Shown: piece by piece, positions 17,089 to 26,023 of the stretch
How positions within the stretch are numbered: the stretch's first letter is position 1
How the letters are laid out: every line of letters begins with the position of its first letter
Source of the DNA: a bacterium
GTDB lineage: Bacteria; Lindowbacteria; 2-12-FULL-62-27
Length of the DNA stretch: 64,000 nucleotides
Assembly: GCA_016202645.1 (NCBI GenBank)
Contig: JACQOF010000097.1
Coordinates: 16,955-80,954, forward strand
Direction: 5' to 3'
Position numbers and translations under genes: made by a program
The notes under the pieces: model-generated
Database searches by the model: none
Seen by the model: only the letters and a program-made list of their open reading frames with translations
What the model was told of the DNA's origin: nothing

Positions 17089-18258
17089 ATGCCCGGATAT
17101 GATTTGTTTGACCGGCGGGAGATGGAAAGCCTGCAACGCTTGTTTGAGGAGGGGGGCTTGCTCAATCGATATGCGGCCCAACTGCGCGGGCGGTCTTATG
17201 TGGAATCCTTCGAGGCGGCCATCCGGCAGACCTATTCATTCCGGCAGACCCTGGCCGTCAGCTCCGGCACGGCGGCTTTAAAATGCGCTCTCAAGGCCTA
17301 CCGCGTGGGTCCGGGAGACGAAGTGATCCTTCCGGCTTTCGGATATATCGCCGCCGCCCTGGCGGTCCTGGACGTGGGCGCTGTTCCCAGGTTTGTTCCA
17401 ATGCGGGACCCGTATACCATGGACTCTCGGGCTCTCCCTCGACTTTTGTCCGGAAAAACAAAAGCGGCCTGTTTGATTCACATGCTCGGCGTGTTTCATG
17501 CGCCGCCGGACGTCGTGGATTTTTTTGCCGGGCGGGACATTCCGCTGATCCATGACATGGCCCAATGTTTCGGCTCGGAAATTCCTCCAATCTGGGCCGC
17601 CGACCGGCTGCATGCGTTTGTTTTCAGTTTCGATTTCAATAAAACGATCACCACCGGAGAAGGCGGGATGCTGGCCGTGGCCGACCCGGATCTTTTTCAA
17701 ACGGCCCACGCCTACAGCAACATGGGTCATGAAAACCGGCCGGGCCTCCCGAAATACCTCGATCCGCCGCTCATGCCCGGAATTAATTTCCGGATGGGCG
17801 AGATGGAGGGATGCCTGGGCCTGGTGCAATTGGAGAAATTTTTGAGACTCAGGTCTCCCCGGCAAAAGTTTGTGACCGAGCTGGAGATCCTGCTCTCGCA
17901 TGCGGGCGCCTCCATTCCTCGTCCGGCGCTCGCCGCCGTCAACGGCGATTACGCGACGTTGGAGATGGCCTCTGCGGAGGAAGCGGAATCGGCGCGCCGG
18001 CATTTGGTTTCAGAGGGCGTCGAGGTCCGAACCCTCCCCAATGGACTTCAGTGGAACTGGTGCGGCAACTGGGGCCATTTGGGGCCGGATGTTCTTTTAT
18101 CGTCCTATCCGAAAGCGGACCGGGATTCCGACCGCGCTCTGCTGGAACGCTGCATTGCCGTCTGCGTGCATTTTGGAAAGGAGGAATCCTGCCGGCAGAT
18201 TCTTGAGCGCTGGCGCCGCGCTAGGACGGAAGGGCGCAGTTTGAATAAAACTGTCTGA
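17089..18258 (+). CDS. DegT/DnrJ/EryC1/StrS-family PLP-dependent aminotransferase
   Basis: Fold-type I sugar aminotransferase pattern: LAVSSGTAALKCAL, IHDMAQCFG, and PLP-lysine region SFDFNKTITTGEGGML. Confidence 0.75.
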   Translation: MPGYDLFDRREMESLQRLFEEGGLLNRYAAQLRGRSYVESFEAAIRQTYSFRQTLAVSSGTAALKCALKAYRVGPGDEVILPAFGYIAAALAVLDVGAVPRFVPMRDPYTMDSRALPRLLSGKTKAACLIHMLGVFHAPPDVVDFFAGRDIPLIHDMAQCFGSEIPPIWAADRLHAFVFSFDFNKTITTGEGGMLAVADPDLFQTAHAYSNMGHENRPGLPKYLDPPLMPGINFRMGEMEGCLGLVQLEKFLRLRSPRQKFVTELEILLSHAGASIPRPALAAVNGDYATLEMASAEEAESARRHLVSEGVEVRTLPNGLQWNWCGNWGHLGPDVLLSSYPKADRDSDRALLERCIAVCVHFGKEESCRQILERWRRARTEGRSLNKTV

Positions 18259-19390
18259 TCTGATCCGCCACGTAGCGAATCTCATCTTCCTCCAGATATT
18301 GATGAATGGGCAACGACAGGATCGCGCCCGCCTGCCGCTCAGATACCGGGAAATCCCCGCGGCGATAGCCCAGATGCCGTGCCGCCTCCTGCAAATGAAT
18401 CGGGATCGGATAATGAACTTTGGTCTCAACGCCCCGGTCTGACAGGAACGGAATGAGGGTCTCCCTGAATTTCACCTGAAGGACATAAGTGTGGAAAACC
18501 TGCCGGACATCCTCGCGTCTTGGGGGAATCGTGACGAAGGGCTGCAAGTCCGAAAGGAGGTGGTCATACAGCGCCGCGTTCCGGATTCGTTTTTCGGTGA
18601 CGTCATCCATGTTTTCGGCCAACTTGAGGAGGAGCGCGGCCTGAATCGAGTCGAGCCGGGAGTTCAAGGCAAAAAAAGCGCATTCATCCCGGTTGACGAG
18701 GCCGTGATTTCTCCACAATCTCAGCTGCTCCGCGATCTCCTCCGAGTTCGTGGTAACCGCGCCGCCGTCTCCCCATCCATTGAGGTTTTTGAGGGGATGG
18801 AAGCTGAAGGCCGCCGCGACTCCCAGAGATCCCGACGGGCGGCCCCGGTAGACGGCATCGATCGCCTGTGACGCGTCCTCGATAACGTGAAGCCGATGCC
18901 GGTTTGCGATATCCAGAATCGGATCCATATCCGCCGGCAGGCCGGTCAGATGAACCGGGATAATCGCCCGTGTCCTGGGCGTGATGCGGCCAACGATTTG
19001 CGCCGGATCGATGGTGTAATCTTCCCGCACATCCACGAACACCGGCCTGGCACGGGTTTGCGCGATGGCGCCGGCGGTGGCGATGAAGCTGTTCGGCGCG
19101 GTGATGACCTCGTCGCCATCTCCGATCCCGCAGGCCCGCATCGCCAAAATGAGGGCGTCCGTTCCGGAGGCCACGCCGACGGCAAACCGCGCGCCGCACC
19201 GGGCCGCCAGAAACGCCTCGAATCGCTCAACCTCTTTTCCGAGCGTAAACTGGCCGGACTTCACCACGCTCTCGACACCCTCGAACAACGTTCGCAACGC
19301 CGCCGGCCCGGCAAACTGCCGGTCCAGATAGGAATAGCGAACGATTTTCCGTGTTTCGGTTGGGATTCCCCTCGATTGAAGTCTGGTCAT
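18221..19390 (-). CDS. DegT/DnrJ/EryC1/StrS-family aminotransferase (PseC/PglE-like)
   Basis: VGVASGTDALILAM, VIEDASQAIDA and FSFHPLKNLNGWGDGGAV are classic motifs. The 3' end overlaps the convergent aminotransferase gene by 38 nt. Confidence 0.85.
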   Translation of the reverse strand: MTRLQSRGIPTETRKIVRYSYLDRQFAGPAALRTLFEGVESVVKSGQFTLGKEVERFEAFLAARCGARFAVGVASGTDALILAMRACGIGDGDEVITAPNSFIATAGAIAQTRARPVFVDVREDYTIDPAQIVGRITPRTRAIIPVHLTGLPADMDPILDIANRHRLHVIEDASQAIDAVYRGRPSGSLGVAAAFSFHPLKNLNGWGDGGAVTTNSEEIAEQLRLWRNHGLVNRDECAFFALNSRLDSIQAALLLKLAENMDDVTEKRIRNAALYDHLLSDLQPFVTIPPRREDVRQVFHTYVLQVKFRETLIPFLSDRGVETKVHYPIPIHLQEAARHLGYRRGDFPVSERQAGAILSLPIHQYLEEDEIRYVADQIRQFYSNCALPS

Positions 19391-19497
19391 AAAATCGCCG
19401 CCACGCTAACTTGGCGTCCCGGTCAAGTCAAACCTCCCTCTGACCTCCCTCCTCCCTCGACATTCCGTCTTGACAACCATGAGGCTGGGACGTACAG

Positions 19498-21234
19498 ATG
19501 TGTCTTGAAATGACTGTGTCGGCCGGGCTGATCATCCCTGTGTTTGATTTGAAATGGTTCGAAACAATTGGTGAAGAGCACCGGTTTTTGGCCGCCGTTC
19601 GGAATGCGCAGAGGTGCGCTGAAATCCGATCCATTTTTGCGGCTGTCACACCGCGGACGCGAAAGACCTGCGAAATCGAAATTCAAAAATTTGGACTGCC
19701 GGTTACGCTTTTGGAAATGGGTGATTCCATTCCCAGACAGACGGCGTTGCTGTTGAAGTTCTTTCAAGCCGCTTTCGAATCTGGAGAAACGGAGTGGCTG
19801 GTCGGCCTGGCAGCGCCCTATTCCAGCTTTTTTGACAGGCAGGCGTTTACATTTGGTCTGCAGATGGCCGTCCGGGCCAATTCCACATCCGCGGTCTGTG
19901 GAGCCATTCCCGACTGGTCGATGTTGTTTTTACACCGGTCGGTCATTCCCGGATTGAACAATTTGATCCATCTCGCCGAATCCTGCGACGGCGAAAATTT
20001 ACATTCGGTGCTTCAGACGCTGAATGACCGGTATTCGGTTTTGATCCACGCTTACCGGGCGGAAATTTCCAAGTCGCTGGGCAAAGCGTTTAACGCCGGC
20101 TTGTTTAGGAGCTGTTTTGTCTCCTATTCCGGCAAGACAATCGATCATTACCGAAAAATAACCGAACGGTTGGGTTGCCCGCTTTCCGAATTGCGAATGG
20201 ACAGGATTCATGGCCTTCTGGAAACGGGTGATTTCTTAAACGTGGGTCGACCGAATTCCCTGTGGGTTGAAATTTCCGCGGTCAACGATGTTCCTCCCAT
20301 CTACTCACCGTTAAATCATTGGAAAATCCCGAAAGAGTATCCCCCCTATATGCCCTTCCCCGTATTCTCCAGGCTGTGGAGCCTGGTGACCTGGGATATC
20401 GCTTCCTGCCCTGCCATACATCTGGGCGGATTGGGAGAACCGCTGCAGCATCCGGATTTCATGGAATTTTTGGAGCTGATCCATCATACGCAGGAGGGAG
20501 GGGCATTAATTCCCAATGTTCACTGCTACACGGATGGCCGATGCCTGACCGAAGACATCGCGCGGAAACTCGTTCTGGGTGTCATCCAATCCGTCATGAT
20601 TTCACTGGATGCCGTGGAAGAATCCTATTACCGGAAGGTCCGGCCGAACGGTGATTTTCAGGCGGTGAAGAGGAATCTGGATCAACTGCTGGAATTGAAG
20701 AGGCAAAAGCAGGCGCAGGGGAAGGGTTCGGGAGTGCTGCCGGGCGTGGCCCTCGCGACCACGATGATATCCGAGCTGGTAGATCATCTGGATGCCTTCA
20801 TGACGTCCCATATGACGCTCCACCGCTTTGGCTTGAAACTCGGTAAGAATCCCTTGCTTGAAGCCAAGCGGGCCAGTGCGGCTCAATATTTTAAAGAGGG
20901 GCACGTCGTCGAGCATCTGGTCATTCAGGGCGCATCGACCTTTGCCGGCCAAAATCCGGACCGGCGGCTTGCCATCTACACCCCACTCAAACGCTTCGCC
21001 TGCCGCCGGTTGTCCCAGACGCTTTTTGTCAAGACGGACGGGAGCATCGTTTTATGTGACCGGGTCTTTTCCCCGGACGCATCAACCCGGATCGGAAATG
21101 TGATGGAGGTCGACACGTTGCAGGAACTCTGGGATCGCCTGGATTCGAAACGGCGGATGCACAGCGATGGAAAATATACGGAAGCGTATGAAAGATGTGG
21201 TTCTTGCGAAGACTGGTTTATACCGGTCGACTAG
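19498..21234 (+). CDS. Radical-SAM-like / SPASM-like protein lacking the CxxxCxxC triad (paralog 2)
   Basis: Collinear with 8732-10447 over the full length: LIIPVFDLKWFETIGEE..., LWVEISAVNDVPPIYSP, HLGGLGEPLQHP, FACRRL..KTDGSIVLCDR..IGNVMEV..W..CGSCEDW. An alternative ATG lies at 19510. A TTGACA-N17-TACAGA promoter-like string sits at 19470-19498. Confidence 0.7.
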   Translation: MCLEMTVSAGLIIPVFDLKWFETIGEEHRFLAAVRNAQRCAEIRSIFAAVTPRTRKTCEIEIQKFGLPVTLLEMGDSIPRQTALLLKFFQAAFESGETEWLVGLAAPYSSFFDRQAFTFGLQMAVRANSTSAVCGAIPDWSMLFLHRSVIPGLNNLIHLAESCDGENLHSVLQTLNDRYSVLIHAYRAEISKSLGKAFNAGLFRSCFVSYSGKTIDHYRKITERLGCPLSELRMDRIHGLLETGDFLNVGRPNSLWVEISAVNDVPPIYSPLNHWKIPKEYPPYMPFPVFSRLWSLVTWDIASCPAIHLGGLGEPLQHPDFMEFLELIHHTQEGGALIPNVHCYTDGRCLTEDIARKLVLGVIQSVMISLDAVEESYYRKVRPNGDFQAVKRNLDQLLELKRQKQAQGKGSGVLPGVALATTMISELVDHLDAFMTSHMTLHRFGLKLGKNPLLEAKRASAAQYFKEGHVVEHLVIQGASTFAGQNPDRRLAIYTPLKRFACRRLSQTLFVKTDGSIVLCDRVFSPDASTRIGNVMEVDTLQELWDRLDSKRRMHSDGKYTEAYERCGSCEDWFIPVD

Positions 21235-22036
21235 TGGGGACAAGATAGTTTCTCTGACGGAAGTGGAGCGTATCCTGCGCGCTGCCGCGGACATCGTCCA
21301 TTGCATTTACAGGCAGGGGACGGATTCTTCCAGAAAGGCCGACGGCTCCTATCTGACCCGCGCCGATACCGAGGCAAATCAATTCCTGCAGCAGGAACTC
21401 CTCAGGATCCTTCCGGCCGCGGCGTGGATATCCGAAGAAAGCGCGGCTGACGCGGACCGTCTGAAAAAGGACTGGGCCTGGGTGGTTGATCCGCTGGATG
21501 GAACGAAGGAATTTGTGCGCCGCGTCCCGGAATTCGCCATTTCGGTTGGGCTGGTTTTCCGACAGCAGGTCCGGCTGGGGGGGATTGTGAATCCCGTGAC
21601 GGGAGAAGGCGCCGTGGCCGAAGTCGGCGGCGAGTCCCGTTTTTGGAATCTCCCCACGCCCCGCGCGCCGGCGGCGGCGCTTGCGGAGGCATATGCTTGT
21701 GTGAGCCGGACGGAAACGGAGAAGGGTCTTCTCAAGCCGTATCTGAACATGGTGGGGTTCACACAGCCGGTGGGAAGTATCGCCTACAAGTTGTTGCGGG
21801 TGGCGGCCGGCGTGGATCATCTGACATTTTCCGTCGAGCCGAAATCCGAATGGGACATCTGTGGGGGTGTTGCGTTGCTCACCGCGGTCGGGAAGACGTA
21901 TCGCCGTCTGGACGGCCGCCCATTGCGGTTCGGACAGCCGGATCTTCGGATTCCCTGCGGAGCCGCCGCCGGCCCTGAAACCCTGGTATCGGCGTTTGTG
22001 TCGTCCTGGGAACGCTTATTTTCCGGCGTCCGCTGA
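21188..22036 (+). CDS. cysQ: Inositol-monophosphatase-family 3'(2'),5'-bisphosphate nucleotidase (CysQ-like PAP phosphatase)
   Basis: WISEES, WVVDPLDGTKEF and WDICGGVALL motifs. Start uncertain (21167 or 21188; both overlap the upstream gene end). The stop overlaps the sulfotransferase start (TGATG). Confidence 0.65.
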   Translation: MKDVVLAKTGLYRSTSGDKIVSLTEVERILRAAADIVHCIYRQGTDSSRKADGSYLTRADTEANQFLQQELLRILPAAAWISEESAADADRLKKDWAWVVDPLDGTKEFVRRVPEFAISVGLVFRQQVRLGGIVNPVTGEGAVAEVGGESRFWNLPTPRAPAAALAEAYACVSRTETEKGLLKPYLNMVGFTQPVGSIAYKLLRVAAGVDHLTFSVEPKSEWDICGGVALLTAVGKTYRRLDGRPLRFGQPDLRIPCGAAAGPETLVSAFVSSWERLFSGVR

Positions 22037-23220
22037 TGGATGACGCGCCGGTCGCGATGCCGACCCGGGTCGTGGCGATCCTGACCTATACGCGCGCCGG
22101 CAGCGGATTGATGGCAAGCCTGCTGGATTCCCATCCAAACATTCTCAGTACGCCGGACTGTCTGCTCATGGATTTTTATGAATTTTGGGAGGAATACGGT
22201 TCTGAGAGCGCCGATCAGATCATCCCGGCGTTCATGGACCACTATGCCGTCATTTTTGACGCCCGGGCGGAAATCCGGTCGTCACGGATCCCCCCGGGCG
22301 AAGGAGACTATTTGAATCTGACACGTCTGGGAGAGAGCCGCTCGGAATGTCTGCATGTCGATCAAGCCCTCTTTCGACGGCATCTGTCTCAACTGCTGGG
22401 CGCTTCGCGCGTTTCGCGAAGATTGTTTTTTCAAGGGATTCACACAGCCTACACTCGCGCGCTCGGCCGCACGGTGACGCGGCCCCTCATTCAATTCAGT
22501 CTTCACATTCCGAAACCGGCCTCCGTTCGGAAATTGCTCGAAGATTTCCCCGACACCTATTTTTTACAAATGGTCCGCCATCCCCTGCGGGGGATGGCTT
22601 CCCACTTCAGGCTGGCGTGTCGTTTCAACATCCACACGGAACCCCGCCGCGCGCTCAAGATTATCCATGCCGCGTTCCAGGGCGGGGTGCCCGTTCCCGC
22701 GGAATTTCGGGATCGCTGGCGGGCTGTCCGGCTGGAGGACGTGCATACCCGTCCCCGCGAAACCCTGGAGAAAATATGCGAATGGCTTGATCTCCCGTGG
22801 AATGACATTCTTCTCAAAAGCACTGTAAACGGAAAACTCTGGTGGAATGAAAAAAACACGGTTCAGGTCAGCGGATTCAGCCAGGCCATCCTCTCGCAGA
22901 AATTTGAGGAATACCTGCCGGCATTTGACCGGATTCGATTCCAGATCATTTTTGCGCGGAAATGCGCGGCATGGAATTATCCGGCGCCGGCGTGGAGCCG
23001 GAATTTTTTTGTAAAGATGCTTCTTTTTCCGCTGGCGCTGGTTGTCCCGTTTAAAATGGAAAGAATCTGTTTGATGGCGAGTCTGGATGCCCCGCCGCCG
23101 CGGGCCTTTTGGAAACGGATGTGGTCCGTCTTCCACGCCCTGTATCTTGGGCGAAGATTCGTATTTCGAGCCTGGATCCCGTCTGTTCGGCCCTCTCCGG
23201 AGGAGGTTTCTCTGATCTGA
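22036..23220 (+). CDS. Sulfotransferase family protein (paralog 1)
   Basis: 5'-PSB-like AILTYTRAGSGLMASLLDSHPNI, 3'-PB-like VRHPLRGMAS, and RLEDVHTRPRETLEKICEWLDLPW. Paralogous to 36535-38001. Confidence 0.7.
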   Translation: MDDAPVAMPTRVVAILTYTRAGSGLMASLLDSHPNILSTPDCLLMDFYEFWEEYGSESADQIIPAFMDHYAVIFDARAEIRSSRIPPGEGDYLNLTRLGESRSECLHVDQALFRRHLSQLLGASRVSRRLFFQGIHTAYTRALGRTVTRPLIQFSLHIPKPASVRKLLEDFPDTYFLQMVRHPLRGMASHFRLACRFNIHTEPRRALKIIHAAFQGGVPVPAEFRDRWRAVRLEDVHTRPRETLEKICEWLDLPWNDILLKSTVNGKLWWNEKNTVQVSGFSQAILSQKFEEYLPAFDRIRFQIIFARKCAAWNYPAPAWSRNFFVKMLLFPLALVVPFKMERICLMASLDAPPPRAFWKRMWSVFHALYLGRRFVFRAWIPSVRPSPEEVSLI

Positions 23221-23225
23221 ACCGA

Positions 23226-24275
23226 TCAGCCCGGCGTACCGGGCAAATCAATGCTCTCCACCCGCCTGCTGTTCTCAACCGCGGGGAAGAGGCGCGCCTG
23301 GGCGGCGTCGATGATGCGCCGCATGTGCATGACACTCTCCAGCGGATATCTTCCCACCGCCGTCTCTCCGGAAAGCATGATGGCGCCTGCGCCGTCCAGC
23401 ACCGCCGTCGTGACGTCCGTCACCTCGGCGATGGTCGGGAACGGCTTTTTGATCATGGAGTGCAGCGTTTCCGTCGCGATGATGACCGATTTCGAAAGCC
23501 GCCGGGCTTCCACCAGCACATCTTTCTGGACCAGCGCAATGGCGGCCAGCCGGGTTTCGGCGGACAGGTCGCCGCGATCGAGCATCAGCATGTCCGAGGC
23601 CTCCATGATTTCTTGAAGGCGTTCGAGCGCGCCGCGGGTCTCTATTTTTGAGACGATCCGCGCGCCGGACTTTCCAATCAGCCGGCGGACACTTTCCACA
23701 TCGCGCGAATGTTCGACATAACTCAGGCCCAGGTAATCGACCGGGGACTCGGCGGCGAAGGCGATCAGCCGCCGGTCCTGATCCGAGAGGAACTCCAGCC
23801 GCGGCGTCAAATGAGGAATATGCACGCCCTTCCGGCTTCGTAATTTCCCGCCCACCCGGACCCGGCAGTAGATGTCCCTGTCGCGGATTTCTTCGACAGA
23901 CATCTGGATCGTGCCGTCCGTCGCGAAGATGGGTTCTCCCGGTTTCACAAACAAGTGCAGATCTTCAAACGTCACCGAGACCTTGACGCGGCCGTCATGG
24001 CCCGGTTCAGACGTCAGCACAATCGCGTCTCCGGGCGCCAGATCCGGTTCATGCGCAAGCTGACCTGTCCGGATTTTCTTTCCCGGAACGTCGAACAGAA
24101 TGAGTACGTCCGGCGCGATCCTTCTTAACCGGCGGATGACACGGGCATGCCAGTTCAAATCGGCTTGCGAACCGTTCAGCCGGGCGATATTCATCCCATT
24201 CTGGGAGAGAAGCCGCAGGGCCGTCGGAGACTGGGTGCGCGGTCCAATCGTGGCGACAATTTGAACGGGAGTCAT
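23226..24275 (-). CDS. Pyruvate-kinase-like protein (A+B domains only; C-terminal regulatory domain absent)
   Basis: VATIGPRT, GMNIARLNGS, MLMLDRGDLSAE, VIIATETLHSMI and TIAEVTDVTTAVLDGAGAIMLSGETAVGRYP. Only 349 aa. ATGA overlap with sat. Confidence 0.75.
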   Translation of the reverse strand: MTPVQIVATIGPRTQSPTALRLLSQNGMNIARLNGSQADLNWHARVIRRLRRIAPDVLILFDVPGKKIRTGQLAHEPDLAPGDAIVLTSEPGHDGRVKVSVTFEDLHLFVKPGEPIFATDGTIQMSVEEIRDRDIYCRVRVGGKLRSRKGVHIPHLTPRLEFLSDQDRRLIAFAAESPVDYLGLSYVEHSRDVESVRRLIGKSGARIVSKIETRGALERLQEIMEASDMLMLDRGDLSAETRLAAIALVQKDVLVEARRLSKSVIIATETLHSMIKKPFPTIAEVTDVTTAVLDGAGAIMLSGETAVGRYPLESVMHMRRIIDAAQARLFPAVENSRRVESIDLPGTPG

Positions 24276-25357
24276 TCTTCCTGGGTGATAAACAGATCAA
24301 AATCCCGGATGCTCGCCAGAACTTCCGGCCGCATGATTTCCGGCGGGATCTGACGGCCGTTTGAAAGGATGGCGCGCAGATCGGTGCCGCTGATGTCCTG
24401 GATCGTTCCGGAATTCAGGCCGGCATGCGGGCACGTCCGTTCCGTGGCGATGCCATCGCATCGGGAGCAATAGAAGGGACCGGCGAATCGAAAGATGCGG
24501 ATGCCGAGTTCCGGCTCAAAATGTTTTGTCAGTTCATGGGCGTCGTATTTGCCGTAATAGGAACCAACCCCGGCATGATCCCGTCCGACAATAAAATGGG
24601 TGCAGCCGTAATTTTTACGAATGATGGCGTGAAAGACCGCCTCCCGGGGGCCCGCATAGCGCATGAATGTCGAGAGGACGCCGAGAAGGACCCGCTGGGC
24701 CGGAAGAAACTGATCGACCAGGGTACGGTAGGCCGCCAAAATGGCGTGGGGGGCAAAATCCCCGCGTTTTTTCTGGCCGACCAGGGGCTGGATGAACAAT
24801 CCGTCAACTTGTTCCAGGGCGAGGCGCTGCAGATATTCGTGCGCCCGGTGGGGAATGTTTCTGGTTTGGAAACCGGCCACCGTTTTCCATCCCAGTTCCC
24901 GGAATCGCGCCCGCGTTTCCTCGGGCGTCAGTTCATATTCAGAAAATTCAAACTCCACCCGTTCAAGGAGCCGCGCCTTTCCCCCGACAAAGAAGTTTCC
25001 GGCGGACATAAACGCCGCCACCCCTGGATGCCGGACGTCCGTTGTGCCGAAGACCCGTTCGGCGACGTCTAATTTATCGCACCTGTACACGCTTTCCGTA
25101 TGGACCTCCCCAACCGGCCGGTTCTGGAAGACGAGCCGGATCATGCCGGCCCGGCGGGCTTCGGCGGCCTGTTCTTCCGCGAGATCGAGAACGATTGGCA
25201 GGGGGAAAGGCTGCCCGTCGGGCAGACGCATCTCATTGACGACGGAATGAAATTCCCGCTCGGTCATGAATCCGCTCACGGGCGCAAACGCGCCGAAGGA
25301 TATTTTTTCGAGTTCCAGGTACTGGTTCCGGTTGATGGGAATCGTCGCGGTCGTCAT
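24272..25357 (-). CDS. sat: Sulfate adenylyltransferase (ATP sulfurylase)
   Basis: GFQTRNIPHRAHEYL and FIVGRDHAGVG motifs. 361 aa. Start/stop overlaps with cysC and the pyruvate-kinase-like gene. Confidence 0.9.
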   Translation of the reverse strand: MTTATIPINRNQYLELEKISFGAFAPVSGFMTEREFHSVVNEMRLPDGQPFPLPIVLDLAEEQAAEARRAGMIRLVFQNRPVGEVHTESVYRCDKLDVAERVFGTTDVRHPGVAAFMSAGNFFVGGKARLLERVEFEFSEYELTPEETRARFRELGWKTVAGFQTRNIPHRAHEYLQRLALEQVDGLFIQPLVGQKKRGDFAPHAILAAYRTLVDQFLPAQRVLLGVLSTFMRYAGPREAVFHAIIRKNYGCTHFIVGRDHAGVGSYYGKYDAHELTKHFEPELGIRIFRFAGPFYCSRCDGIATERTCPHAGLNSGTIQDISGTDLRAILSNGRQIPPEIMRPEVLASIRDFDLFITQEE

Positions 25358-25881
25358 ACCGGCGGGAGGACCCGGGCAAATCGGGGAATGGTCATCGCCA
25401 CGCGTCCGGCCAGATCGTCCGGCGGCTCAAGCTCGTCCATCCGGAGGGTCAAATCGGCCCTGGCCGGCGGGTGCCAGGGGATGTCGATGCCGACGACGTC
25501 CCGGATTTCTCCGGCCTGGGCCCGGGCATAGAGGCCTTTGGAATCCCGCTGTTTGAGCGCGTCAAGGGAGGATTGGAGATAGATCTCAAAGTATTCGTGG
25601 AGGTGTTCCCGATTCCAGCGGAGGAGATCCGGATGGGAATAGACAACGGCGACCAGGACGATCAGACCCTGGTCCGAAAGCATCTTCGCGAATCTCTGGA
25701 CCCGTTTGATCTGAATGGTTCGATCCGCTTCTGTATGACTCAGATCGTTTCCGAAAACCTCGCGGATTCCGTCTCCATCCAGAAGCACGATTTCCGGAAA
25801 TTCAGGTTTCAGGAGCCGGCCCAAGGCCCGGCACAGAGTGGTCTTGCCGGCGCCCGAGAGGCCCGTCACCCAGATCACCAT
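25354..25881 (-). CDS. cysC: Adenylyl-sulfate (APS) kinase
   Basis: P-loop VIWVTGLSGAGKTTL and LLDGDGIR. 175 aa. Confidence 0.9.
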   Translation of the reverse strand: MVIWVTGLSGAGKTTLCRALGRLLKPEFPEIVLLDGDGIREVFGNDLSHTEADRTIQIKRVQRFAKMLSDQGLIVLVAVVYSHPDLLRWNREHLHEYFEIYLQSSLDALKQRDSKGLYARAQAGEIRDVVGIDIPWHPPARADLTLRMDELEPPDDLAGRVAMTIPRFARVLPPV

Positions 25882-26023
25882 GTCAACATCCGCCGAGCAT
25901 GACGAATACCTTCACCCGCATCCCCCCACCCACCGAATTACAAGCCCGCCCTTGTACCATATATTTTTTATAGCGTGCAAGAACGGCTTGTTTGGGCGGG
26001 TGGCTTCTAGATAGTCTGGCCTG

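Noticed and set aside
8732-21234. Composite-transposon interpretation of the inverted SPASM-like paralogs
   Set aside because: The paralogs are similar only at protein level (about half identical by eye). I saw no nucleotide-level terminal inverted repeats and no transposase or integrase in the window.
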